Made by a program: the position numbers and the translations under genes
The notes under the pieces: model-generated
What the model saw: only the letters and a program-made list of their open reading frames with translations
What the model was told of the DNA's origin: nothing
Databases searched by the model: none
NCBI GenBank assembly: GCA_001643675.2
Contig: LSRY02000017.1
Span: 124,001 to 188,000 of the forward strand
DNA length: 64,000 nucleotides
Source of the DNA: Monocercomonoides exilis PA203
Taxonomy: Eukaryota > Protista > Preaxostyla
Direction: 5' to 3'
Shown: piece after piece, positions 12,495 to 23,497 of the stretch
Layout of the letters: each line of letters opens with the position of its first letter
Numbering within the stretch: position 1 is the first letter of the stretch

Positions 12495-14798
12495 TTAATA
12501 TGCTGCTGTAATGTTACCAGAAGAGAAAGCCTCAGTTAGTTTTTCCAAATATTGCTTTGAATTTGCAGTATATTGGAGAAGTTGCATTCTGTCAATTTGA
12601 TTCACCGGAAGTTCAGTCAGAAAAGAAAGTTTTTCAGTATTTTTCTCCAAGTCAGCTTGCATAAACTCAAACAATTCCTTTGAAATATCATTTGATAACA
12701 AGAAACAAACAATAAAGAATTTCACAATTTGATAATAAAACAAAATGACATCTCAACAACCGCATACCTTATGAGACGATTCCTTCATAGAGAATGCGAG
12801 GATGTATGAATGCACAAGCACTTTCCTGCAGTCAATCAGCACATCCAGCGCCTCAGCTATAAACTCTGCTGCTTTCTCAGGGCACTGGTGGAGCCTCATG
12901 TATTCCTGGATCCGCCCTTTCAGCTGCTCCTTCTGCTCCTTCATGGCATACTGCAGCGAGCGCTTGTGCTCTTCCCAATGGTCGTGGTAGTGCTGGTTGT
13001 AGTCCAGCATCACCCGCTTCTCTGACAGCGCATGCGGGTCTTTGATATCCTTGGCTGGCGTGTTGCACACAAAATGGTCGTCTGGAAGAGAATTGGGGGG
13101 GGGGGGGGGGGGGGTTATTTAGAAGATGAAGGAAATCATATTTTTATTTTTTAAAATAGATGTAACACGCAAAGTTGATTGGAAAGGAAATCAGTTTGTT
13201 AGCTTTAAAAAACGAATGAAATAAGATGCAGATGCATACTGTGTGTTGACCAGGGTCTTAAGCACATCCAGCAGAATTCGTGTTTGCACTGAGTGCATCT
13301 CATATAATGACATCCCTTGTTCTTTTCAATAGGCTTAAAGCAACTTTATATGAGCAGATGAAATTTTGATAGGTAAAAAAACGGATCAAGAAAAAGAAAA
13401 AGAAAAAGAAAAAGAAAAATAAATAATTATCTCAAACTTTGGACATGGTTTTGTGTTTTTCTTAATCCAATCGAATGTTCCTGATTCCTTCTGCAGCATC
13501 TGGTCCCACTCCTCCATCATTTTGCACGTTGCAGGCAAGTGAGCATCTTTCTGACACTCGAAGCTATTCACAGGAAATGAAAGGAAGAAAGAAAAAAGAA
13601 AGAAAAACGATATGATATTTTATCGTTAAAAAAAGAAAATTATGATAAATGCTTAAATACCAGTATGAATGCCCACATAAACATTTCACATCGTTTGTGT
13701 ATAGCTGCTTTTTTGCAACATAATTGCAGCCTGGGAATGGGCAATACCTGTTTTGTTATGAATTATTTAAGATTGATGTCAATATTTTAAAATAAGGATT
13801 TCAAAATGCATGGAGAAGATGAATGTTTAACGAATGAATAAAAAATGGTTAAAATGAGAATGAAACAACAATAAAAAATATTCCATTCATCACACTTTAA
13901 TCTTTTCTGCCGTTCAATGAATGAGTTTTGTATGAATTGATCATATGTTGCTGCATGCCGTTCTAAATTCAATAATTTGAAGAATAAAAAAGTTAAAAAT
14001 TCAAATTAATTCTTTAATAATACGATACAAAAGATATAAAAACTTTCTGTAAAAAAATAAAAACATATAACCACTATTCAATTCAATATTTCCTCCTTTT
14101 CCATACCATCAAGTAGTTTACGAATAAGAGAAGGATACATTGCAACTGTACAACGACCTTCCGGACAATTTATACGAATAAATCCTTGCCCTTTACTAAT
14201 CTCACTTGTAACATGTGCAGCTAAGCAATTGTGACAAAATATATGTGAGCAACGAAGTTGGCACTCAGGAGAAAAAGTAAAATCATCATAACAAATATCA
14301 CATGTCATCGTGGTAGATTCAGAAGGTGCAGAAGATGTAGAAGGTGTTGAAGAACTGGATGGCATGCAATCAACAATTCCAGCCTCACGTAAAGCTTTTG
14401 AACGATCTTCAATATATATCCCAGACAATTTTTCTCGATTCCATCTTTTTGATAAAAATATACATGCATATGCATTGATAACAAAAAATGAAAATGAACA
14501 AACCCATTTTGAATTAAAAGAAGCATAGCCTCATCAGCATTTAATGATGTGAACGATTGCACTTCTTCAATCATTTTTTCAATAAGTGTTTGAATATATT
14601 CTCGTTTTAGAAAAACAAATGGCTGAAAAAAATTAGATGCAATAAGTATAAGTAATTTCATAAACAGCATACTTCTGAACCCTCTCCTTCATATGTTAAT
14701 GATGAGCTTGATGCCTGTTCTTCGTTCTCCTCTTCCTCTTCCTCAACTTCTTCATATTCAATTTCCACTACCTCTTCAACCTCTTCTTCAGAATTCAT
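12495..14798 (-). CDS. ARIH: Ariadne-family RBR (RING1-IBR-RING2) E3 ubiquitin ligase, multi-exon
   Basis: Acidic N-terminus [12 protein letters not shown]; RING1 CDICY...CSHIFCHNC...CP; IBR CPFPGC...CLCGH...CFEC...H...C; RING2 [32 protein letters not shown]; Ariadne domain CRKVLVHSY and [16 protein letters not shown]. Confidence 0.93.
13095..13114. repeat. G20 homopolymer (poly-C on the coding strand, in the intron pyrimidine tract)
   Basis: 20 consecutive G immediately upstream, on the minus strand, of a CCAG acceptor. Confidence 0.9.
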
Positions 14799-15064
14799 CT
14801 ATTATGATTCTAAATTTCGGCTCAAATTTCACTAAAAAAACAACACGCAAACCTTGAATAGAAGATTGAAAATATCATGGGAAATATGATCAAATCCTCC
14901 TTGCCCATTCACTTTCACCATATAATTTGTAGGATTTCTCAAAATATAAGTGCAAGTATATTTTGCGATATAAGACAACATTCATTTATTTTAACAAAAC
15001 AAAAATTACTGAAAAAAACACTCAAAAACAAAAATAATTTAAACTTCGACTTTACAAATAGTTT

Positions 15065-17951
15065 TTATTCCACAATAAGAAAAACAAGTCCATCTGAAAG
15101 TGATTCAACTTGTTTAATGCTATGAATTTCACTCGTATCAGGAATAGTATTTGAGGATTCGCTTCGCTTTGAAGAAGTTTCATTGATCTTTTCACACACA
15201 GACGAAGTGATGTTAGTAATAACAGAAGGTGAAGAAAATAAAATCCTGAAAAGCATTCCATCATCTAAGAAATGGTAAGTGTGATTAAAAGATATATATA
15301 TACATATTAATTATTAAAATCATCATTATTAAAAACACAAATTTCAACAAAATGAAATAAAAAAAAAGATAAATTAAAAATTGTTTATTTAATTTTCAGA
15401 TTTGCATACATCTCAAAAGAAGCAGTGAACGAGACGTCAATTGAATTGTATGAATACATTTGGGAGTAAATGGCAGTTTTGTTTTGAACAGTGGCGATTC
15501 AATGAATAACGCTGAAAATTCACTTTTCGGGTTCACCCAGGAACGAGTGCTGGATATTGAAATGAATACAATTGTACACAAAAGTATCAGCAGAAGATGT
15601 TTCACATAGAAAAATTGGCAAAACAATTTTTATTTATCATAAAGACATTTAACATTAAAAAAAGGGGGTTGCATACTCACAGATATTTCGTGTGACGATA
15701 ATTGTTCCATCAGCAAAAAGAGCAGCATGTTGTGAATAAGGTGAATTGGTGAGTGTTGTGAAGGCAGCGATTGGAGGCATAGAGGAAAGCGGATCATAAA
15801 GCATGTATGGCAGCTGCTGTTTGTCTTTAACTGAAATTGTGGAAACAATGAAATAATCAATAGAAAGTGAAAATGATGAAAATCAAATAATTTACATAAA
15901 AAAAATGCGAAGCAATAAAACATCATCAAATAACTTTCATTTGCAAATGCGAGAAAAACAAGAAAAATTGCACATATGTTCAAATTTCTTTATTTGGAAA
16001 CTTAAACAATCAAAACGCAAAATACATACAAATTCCACCAATAACCATCAACCGCTTGTCAGAAGTCTGAAAGACTCTTCCGCCTCGAAAGACTTTTTCT
16101 ACTTTATGACTTCCAAACGCCCCATAAAATGGCATTTTCTCCATCAATTTCAACCTTCTTTTTTCTTTCAGCCTTTCATTTCTTTCCTCTTCTGTCTCTA
16201 TTTTGTTGTCTTCATTGTCGTTATTGTTGTCATTCTGATCTGATTCCTCTGTGAATGCTCTCTGAAATGGAGAATACAATGCAGATTCAAAAAGTGGCTC
16301 ATAATTAGCAGCCAAAGAAGATGATGGGACTGTTGACGAAGAAGCTGTTGTAGAAGATTCTTCTTCTTTTGTTTCTTTTCCATCTGTAATATCTTTCTTT
16401 GCTTCTTCTTCTTCTTCTTCTAAATCTTCTGTTTCTATTTCCCATATCTCCTTTCCTTCGTTTCGCTTTTCTTTTTCTTCTTTGTCTTTCCTAACTTTTT
16501 CCAACCATTCTTCTTCCTCTTCTGCATTTTCTGCTGCAAATATTCGCATATCTGTCAGCTCAATCACACCATAATTTGGAATGTTTACTTCAATCTCTTT
16601 CCGCTTTCTTGAATTCAAGTAACTAATATAACCAAACTCAAACACTGCTCCGTTTTCTGGAAATGTTCAAAAAGAAGATTTGATAAAGAAAAGAAAATAA
16701 TTAAATAACAAAGTTACTCAAATTAGCTTAAAAATCTAAATATATCTGATAAAAGCAACGTCCACAAAGAAAAAACTCAATTTCAAATTGAAAAACAAAA
16801 AAGAAAAATCCAACAAATATATCGCTCTCAAATAATGAATACCGAGAACAACGATGAGGCTCATATCAAGTGCAAACGATTTTATTCGTGATGGTCCAAG
16901 AGACGAAAGAACATAAGTTGTAGAAAAATTCGGGTGCTGGAAAAAAAAGTGTTATTGAAGAACAGTTTTTTGATAATCAACAAAAAATTTTTTTAAATAA
17001 TATCTTATAGAATAACTTATAAAATCTCTAAAGAGCATACGATGTACCATTCAGTATTTGCTGACCACCTACCTTCAGGAGTCATTCCCCGAATGGCCAG
17101 CTGACCTTGCTCTGATGTAGATATTTTTTGTACAAAATAAATTATAAATTATCGAAGTAGTCATTTAAAAAAATAATACGGAACATAAAAATTTGAATAT
17201 AAAAATATTTTATAAGCTTTTGACATTAGTAATAAATTTCTTTCATACTGTTTAACGCAGCTGCCACAGTCATTGTAGATTGAACTTGAACAAAATTAGC
17301 ATTAAGCCCAGATTCAGGTATCATTGACATTTTGTTCCATTTATCAAGAACTGCTATATGTTGCTCGTCGAGATGAATATCCGGTAATTGGGCAGAGTTG
17401 AATTTTTTATCTGTCTTCTTTTCAGAATCCTTAATTACCATGTTTCCTTTGTTAAGATTATAAAAAAAAGTAATAGGTAGTTTTTCTTCTGCCATCGAAC
17501 CATCTCCTTCGCCTATCATCAAAAATGTTCCAGTATTCACATTGTCACTTCTATGTAATGGATCTTTTGGAAATGCACCTTTCAACAATGCTGTTGATGT
17601 GATTCTTCCAAATTGGAAATTGCTTGATGAAATGATTGTTGGGTCTTCTGACGCAAATCTTTGTTCGTTAAAAAACGAATCGCTGAAAACGACGCATCGA
17701 GTTCCTGTTCTATTCGTTACTGCTGGAACAATAGCCCAAGCCATTTTGATATTTGTTGCTAATGATTTGAATCTTCTGGAAATGCACAAAAACTTGAAAT
17801 TTTCATGACTATCAAAACAAGAAAAATAGTTTTTCAATCAAACGTTTTGAAGATCACGAACGTTCGTCATTTCTTTTATAATTTCATAACAATTATCGTC
17901 GCTAAGTTTTTCTAAAGACATGCTCTTTGATGAATCCAATTGTTGGCTCAT
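15065..17951 (-). CDS. F-box protein with RCC1/BLIP-II-like beta-propeller repeats, ~8 exons
   Basis: Spliced N-terminus LEKLSDDNCYEIIKEMTNVRDLQNFLCISRRFKSLA fits the F-box pattern. Later blade-like motifs HIAVLDKWN, LIVVLENGAVFEFG, HAALFADGTI and LLLLRYDGMLF. GT-AG exons traced to the stop at 15065. Confidence 0.65.
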
Positions 17952-18236
17952 TCAAGTATGAATTAAAAAATATAAAAATAAAAATTTTGTAAAGGTATGT
18001 AAAAATTTTATTATTCTTCTGTTGCTGTATTTGGTACAGAATTTATTCATTTATGAAAAATTCAATAATCTGTTCCAAACTTTTTTTGCGATCGTATGAT
18101 TATTATTCAAACATTATAGTATAATATTAAATATAATTATGTGAAAAACCGTCAAATAACTTATAAAGATTTGTGTGGAACAAAATGCATAAAACATTAA
18201 AGTACAGAGTACATTAATTCTCCAGAACAAACGATC

Positions 18237-18293
18237 AACTGCAACACCTCTTGTTATGGGAGTAAGGAGCCTATATTAAGGGCTCTGTCGCTT
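18237..18293 (+). repeat. DIRS left inverted terminal repeat (core)
   Basis: Reverse complement of 22542-22598 at about 51/57 identity. Confidence 0.9.
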
Positions 18294-18307
18294 ACCAGAT
18301 CTTTGAC

Positions 18308-19015
18308 ATGGAAGTATCAACTGCAGGACCTGCATCGGGACTGAGTGGTATTTTTACCCTCGGCGGATCAACGGGCGGCGTGGGCTTATCTCAGCCAACC
18401 TCCTCAAGCAGTACACTTGCTTCCGACCAATTTCCAGCTACCTCACAACCAGCGCCAGCAGATCTGACAGATAGCCAAGTTCTGTCATTTTCTTCGCTTT
18501 GTGCCGCCTTATTTAATGATAACATCAATTCTTCTGTATTTGATCTTCACATGGATTCAGCAGATGTAGCGACAACAGTTGAGCAATATGAATCCATTGC
18601 TTGCACGCCATTTATTCCGGCCAGAACTCACCCTCATGTAAGATCATCAAATTGGCAAAAAGACGCGCTTGATTCCAGCGGTTACAGAGTGGAAAGATAT
18701 CTCATCCCAGCATTGAAGGCCTTGATCATGTCTCGGCCAGAAGGTGAAGCCAGGAAAGAGAGGACATCAAACGCCATGCTCCTAATTGCTGCAGCGCTCC
18801 AGGAGGCACGCCATACAAGAATTCAGGCCGAGTTTGGGTTTGATGCTGCTCGCGCTCTCAGGGAAGTCCAGGAAGACCTCCTCGTTTCCAGCGACAAGCT
18901 AGCAAAGATCACACCATTACAAGAAGCAAGGAAAACAAGAAGAGAAGCCATCATCAGAGCACAACGTACGAGAACCCATTTTTTTCGGAGTGCGACCTCC
19001 CAAGGAGGCACCTGA
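18308..19015 (+). CDS. DIRS ORF1 (gag-like), 235 aa
   Basis: First ORF after the left ITR. Assigned by position, no diagnostic motif recognised. Confidence 0.65.
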   Translation: MEVSTAGPASGLSGIFTLGGSTGGVGLSQPTSSSSTLASDQFPATSQPAPADLTDSQVLSFSSLCAALFNDNINSSVFDLHMDSADVATTVEQYESIACTPFIPARTHPHVRSSNWQKDALDSSGYRVERYLIPALKALIMSRPEGEARKERTSNAMLLIAAALQEARHTRIQAEFGFDAARALREVQEDLLVSSDKLAKITPLQEARKTRREAIIRAQRTRTHFFRSATSQGGT

Positions 19016-19092
19016 TCAGAAGGAAGATTAAGCAGAAAGCCGCAGAGAGTGGTTCGTCCATCGAGAGCATCAGGAGCCTGGAGGAGGAAGTT

Positions 19093-20985
19093 GTTGGGGG
19101 ACGGACTCAGCTAGCCGCGGAAGAGTGGGATTCACTGGGGGTTCGCAGCGTTATACGGGAAGGAATCAAACCAATTTGGAGGGGGAAGAGTGCAAGGGAG
19201 CGCCTAAAAAAGGAGGTGGAGGCTGGGAGAGGCTTCCTTAAATCCAAGCAGGAAGAAGAAGAATGCGCGAAGTGGGTGCAGGAAGGCCTAGCGACGAGGG
19301 CCCTGGTTCAGCTTCTGCCAGGAACAGCGAAATGCCTCAACATGTTGTTTTTTGTGAAGAAGAAGAACGGAAAATACAGGTAGATCCAAGACTACAGGCC
19401 TCTCAACAGTGCGGTAAAGTGAATATACTTCAAAATTGAGGATCACAGTACACTGGAAAGGTTAATTCAACAGGAGGACTACGCTACAACAATAAATTTG
19501 TCTCAAGCGTATTTTCTAATTCCGGCTCACCCTTCCTTCATTCCCTTTTTTTCTTTTTCTTTCAGAGACAAGACCTACGCCTTCAAAGGAATGCCCTTCG
19601 GCTACAAGGACGCGCTCCGCATTTTCACTTGCGTTATGAGGAAAGTCACTCAGGAAATACGAAACAGATGGGGATTGCGCTGCCTAGCTTATTTGGACGA
19701 TATCGTACTGCTTCATCAAGACCATAATAAGCTTAAGACAGCAACGAAAGAGATAACCGCTTGGCTTGGAAGGCTTAGACTGTTGGTCTACTTCGACAAG
19801 AGCAAACTGCAGCCGAGACAGACATTCAACTTTCTGCGATGGACATGGAGGACTAAGAGAGGTACTGTCAGGCTAGAACAAGAAAGATGCAGGTCTCTGA
19901 GGAAGGAGTACAAACGGGGGATGAGACTTGCAAGGAGAAACACAAAAGTCAGGATCAAGAGCTTTGCATCGTTTGTAGGTCTCATCAGCGCCACACGGTT
20001 CGTCAACAGAGAAGCTTCATTTCAAATGAACAGATAATACCAGGCACTCAACAGAGCAGTGAAGAAGGAAGGATTAAATGCGACGATGAGAGTCAACCCT
20101 TCGATCATCAAGCAGATATATGGATGGAAGGCAAGGCTAACCAAGAAGGAGCAAAGACCATGGACATCATACGCAGACCCCCAGGCTGTTCTTTCTACGG
20201 ATGCGGCACCCCGGGCTTGTGGATCCACGCTAAAAATCAACGGAGACTTGTTCCACTTTCACCAACCGTTCAACAAGGCCTTTGTCAGCCAATCCTCCAA
20301 TTTCAAGGAGAAGTTAGCTGTCTTAATGGAACTCAGGTACTTCCTCCCCCTCATCCTTGGGCGCCACATACACACAATCTTGCTAAGATAAGACAACACG
20401 ACGGTGGTCTACGACATCAATCGCTGTGCAGCTGGAGCGAATCTCCTTTCTCTACAAAGGAAAATACGACAAATGACAACAGAATGGAATATTCAGATGA
20501 GAGCTGTTCACCTCCCGGGAGTAAAGAACGAGACAGCGGATGCCTTATCAAGACTCCAGCGCACAGGAGATTACGAGATCACAGACGAAGCATTAAGAGA
20601 GCTGGAATATCGGTTGGATCTTACAACCGAACAGGACGCCTTTGCAAGCGCGAGAAACAGGAAAACAATGACTTGGTTTGGACCAGGAAGCCCGGAGCTA
20701 GAGGACGGACTACAAGCAGACTGGAAGGGAGCTGTGACCCTGGTACAACCACTGATTCCTCTGATCCTCTTTTGCTTAAGGAAGATTCGGGAGGAACATG
20801 CGAAAGAAGTAATTCTTTTTCCAGCCTGGAGGTTCCAGGTCTGGACCCCTCTTCTGAGGGAGATGACGACATCTTTCATAAGATGGAGCGATTCGAGGAA
20901 AATATTGAGGGCAGGGCCAGGAATGGGGAAGTCGGGAGCATCACTCCCACCGGGACCTTATTTAGCAGCAAGACTCAACTGGTAG
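19093..20985 (+). pseudogene. DIRS pol: reverse transcriptase, RNase H and N6-adenine methyltransferase-like domain; 4 in-frame stops
   Basis: VGGR...W start motif, FFVKKKNGKYR*, NLSQAY, MPFG, YLDD; RNase H TDA, SSNFKE, DN, NETADALSR; MT-like DAFAS...QPL...PAW..QVW. Stops at 19381, 19420, 20035 and 20389, all in one frame. Confidence 0.9.
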
Positions 20986-22124
20986 CACAAAGAGGAGAAC
21001 AGTGGTGGATCAGCTGCTTACAGAAATGCGGAGTCCCTCAATCACTAATCGAAGAGACAAAGAACAGTGTTTCACATTCTCCATGGACAGCCTACACCTT
21101 TGGATTTGCACATTTTGGACAGATTTGGACAGAGGAAAATTGTGGAGAATTTCCGAGAAACTTTGGAGAGTGGTGCAGAAGATGTGCCATGCTCTACGTG
21201 AAGCTGAAGGAGAAGGGATTCCCCAACTCTTGCTTGTGTACCACGAGATCCGCAGTGTCCCTATTCTCCAGGCTAAGTTACGGAGAGGATATTGGCCAAA
21301 TACCAATCATAAAGACAATCTTCCACTCGTTTCACAGTTCACACGTACCCAGAAGAATTGACATATACATGTGGTCCCCATCACTGGCGTTTGATTATTT
21401 CAATTTACGACCATCCAACTCCGACATATCGTTTTTCGAACTTACAGCGAAGTGCATTTTGCTATGTGTTTTGTTCACAGCCTGCCGGTTTCACGAACTT
21501 GAGCTACTATCTATGAGCAAATCCATTTTCAACAACGATGCCATCCACATTCACTTGCATCTCAAAACCTCAATTCCAGCGAGTAACTTGACAATCCATT
21601 TCTTAGGTGAGGCCGACGAAAAGATTTGCCCTGCAAGAGCAGCACATTGTCTTTGGGAGAGAGTTCGGAGAACGTACGTATCAAGAGACACCTCCTTGCT
21701 GAATACAACTCATCACACTCCACTTTAAACATCAGTAATCAGGAGACTTGCTAGGCTAGGAATGTCACAAGTGGGGATCCCACAGGAATTCAAACCGTAC
21801 ACAATCAAGCATGCAGCCATCTCTGCTTTAACCTTGAAGGGAATACCGGAAGTTCTTATAGCAAGACATGCACGCCTATCACCAACAGCGCACATCCCCA
21901 CTAAATCTGACTTCAGAACCAACCTGGGATCGAGCATGGCCCACGCCCTGATAGCACCCCAACAAAAGAACCAAACGGCACTCACACTATTCAACCCTGC
22001 TTCCGCATCTCCGCTCGCTTCCCCACCAACAGTCAGCCCATCTAGCTCAACAACCATCTTACCGACGAATATTACATTCCAACAGCCGCAGCCTCCCGAA
22101 CTCACCAAAGACTTGAACACTTGA
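19887..22124 (+). pseudogene. DIRS tyrosine recombinase ORF, overlapping pol; in-frame TAA at 21726
   Basis: LTAKCILLCVLFTACRFHEL (box I Arg), LKT (Lys), ICPARA, PYTIKHAAIS (box II). The expected catalytic Tyr region reads KSDF. Confidence 0.85.
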
Positions 22125-22254
22125 GACCCAAACCCACAGACAGAAGAAACGATTAAGGATTGTAGCAGAATTGAGCTCACAACAATAAGAACAATCCAAA
22201 CAAGTGAAATAAGACACATTTAAGCTGACAGATGACAATCCCAACTTCTAATAG

Positions 22255-22350
22255 TCCCATAACAAGAGGTGTTGTTGTTGATCGTTTGTTCTGGAGAAAT
22301 ATGGTACTTTGTTCTTTAATTCGTAAAGAACAAACAAAACTACAGCACCT
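22255..22350. repeat. DIRS internal complementary region (ICR)
   Basis: 22255-22319 is the reverse complement of the left terminus 18197-18261. 22320-22350 is the reverse complement of the right terminus 22586-22616. Confidence 0.88.
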
Positions 22351-22541
22351 CTCTGTCTCACCACGAGTAAGCTCTTCCCACCCTTTGTTTTTTCAATTAT
22401 AAGTTTTTTCATTTTCAATTTTGCACTTTTTCGCACCACAACAACCTCTCTGCACATTGTTATTTGCACAATTAACCTTATTTTGTGCTTTTTATTATTA
22501 ATTCAATTTTTTAAACATCTACCGTTTTCTCTTCAATTTGA

Positions 22542-22598
22542 AAGCGACAGAGCCCTTGATATAGGCTCCTTGCTTCCACAACAAAAGGTGTTGTAGTT
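22542..22598 (-). repeat. DIRS right inverted terminal repeat (core), followed by a right extension to 22616
   Basis: aagcgacagagcccttgatataggctcc... is the reverse complement of 18237-18293. Confidence 0.9.
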
Positions 22599-22654
22599 TT
22601 ATTTGATCTTTACGAAAAAATTTTTGTCCCATTAAAGTATTTTTCTTCATTGAA

Positions 22655-22868
22655 ATATGGCTGATCTTTTTTGAAATCAAACTTTCGTTCGAGTTTTGAT
22701 CAAAATTTCGTTTTCAATAGGATTTTGATAAAAATGAGTTGAAATAGGGAACACTTTTTGTTTATGATATTGCTATTGCAAAAACAAAATTTGATGCAAA
22801 TCCCATTGAGATAAAAATTTTGATCAAAACTCGAACAAAAATTTCATTTCAAAAAAGATCAGTCATAT
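22655..22868. repeat. Small foldback/MITE-like element with ~70-bp imperfect inverted arms
   Basis: atatggctgatcttttttgaaatcaaactttcgttcgagttttgatcaaaattt... pairs with ...aaattttgatcaaaactcgaacaaaaatttcatttcaaaaaagatcagtcatat. Confidence 0.8.
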
Positions 22869-23497
22869 GTTTCAAAGAACAAAGTCACTGATTAAAAATT
22901 ATTGGTTAGCGAAAATTAATTTGTTTATTTTTCCTTTTTTCAAATCATTTATAAATATAATTTAGCTTGTAATGTAACTTAGATATTAAAAAGTCAATCA
23001 GTTATCGTGGCAGTTCAATTTTTTTTATTTTTTTAAAAAATCTCTAAAGCCATATATTAACACAAAAGAAAAACATTCCAAGAAAGAATAATATGAAGCA
23101 ACGAGAAAATTTAACCTGGAAGATGAGAAAGCAACTATTCAAGAAATTAAAAACTGCCATTAACAAGATCACATTGAGTGCAAATGTTCATATAACAATA
23201 AAACTCAATGAATAAACGTAACAGCATTGACATAAGAAATTTGAGATGAGTTGAAAAATAAATAGATGACGCAAACCAACAGGCTTCTTCAAATTAAATA
23301 TCGATAAAAATAAAATCTAACAAAATAAAAATTAGCATAAACTATGCATTAAACAGTATTAAAACATAAACAGGAACTTTTTAAACAAACAAAATGAAAT
23401 ATAAATCGAAAAAAAAAAATATTTTTTTCCGAATATTAAAAAAAAAAGTGAAAAATAAAAAAATATATACATATCTTAAACAGAATCATTTACAACG

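Larger units (their letters stand above)
18197..22616 (+). mobile_element. DIRS1-type tyrosine-recombinase retrotransposon, full length, decayed
   Basis: gag-like ORF, RT/RNaseH/methyltransferase-like ORF, overlapping YR ORF, inverted terminal repeats, and an internal complementary region matching both termini. GC content is much higher than the flanks. Confidence 0.93.

Noticed and set aside
19381-21728. In-frame TAA/TAG/TGA in DIRS ORFs as evidence for an alternative genetic code
   Set aside because: Host genes end at TAA and TGA right after expected C-terminal motifs. All three stop types occur in the element alongside other damaging substitutions, so decay is the simpler explanation.
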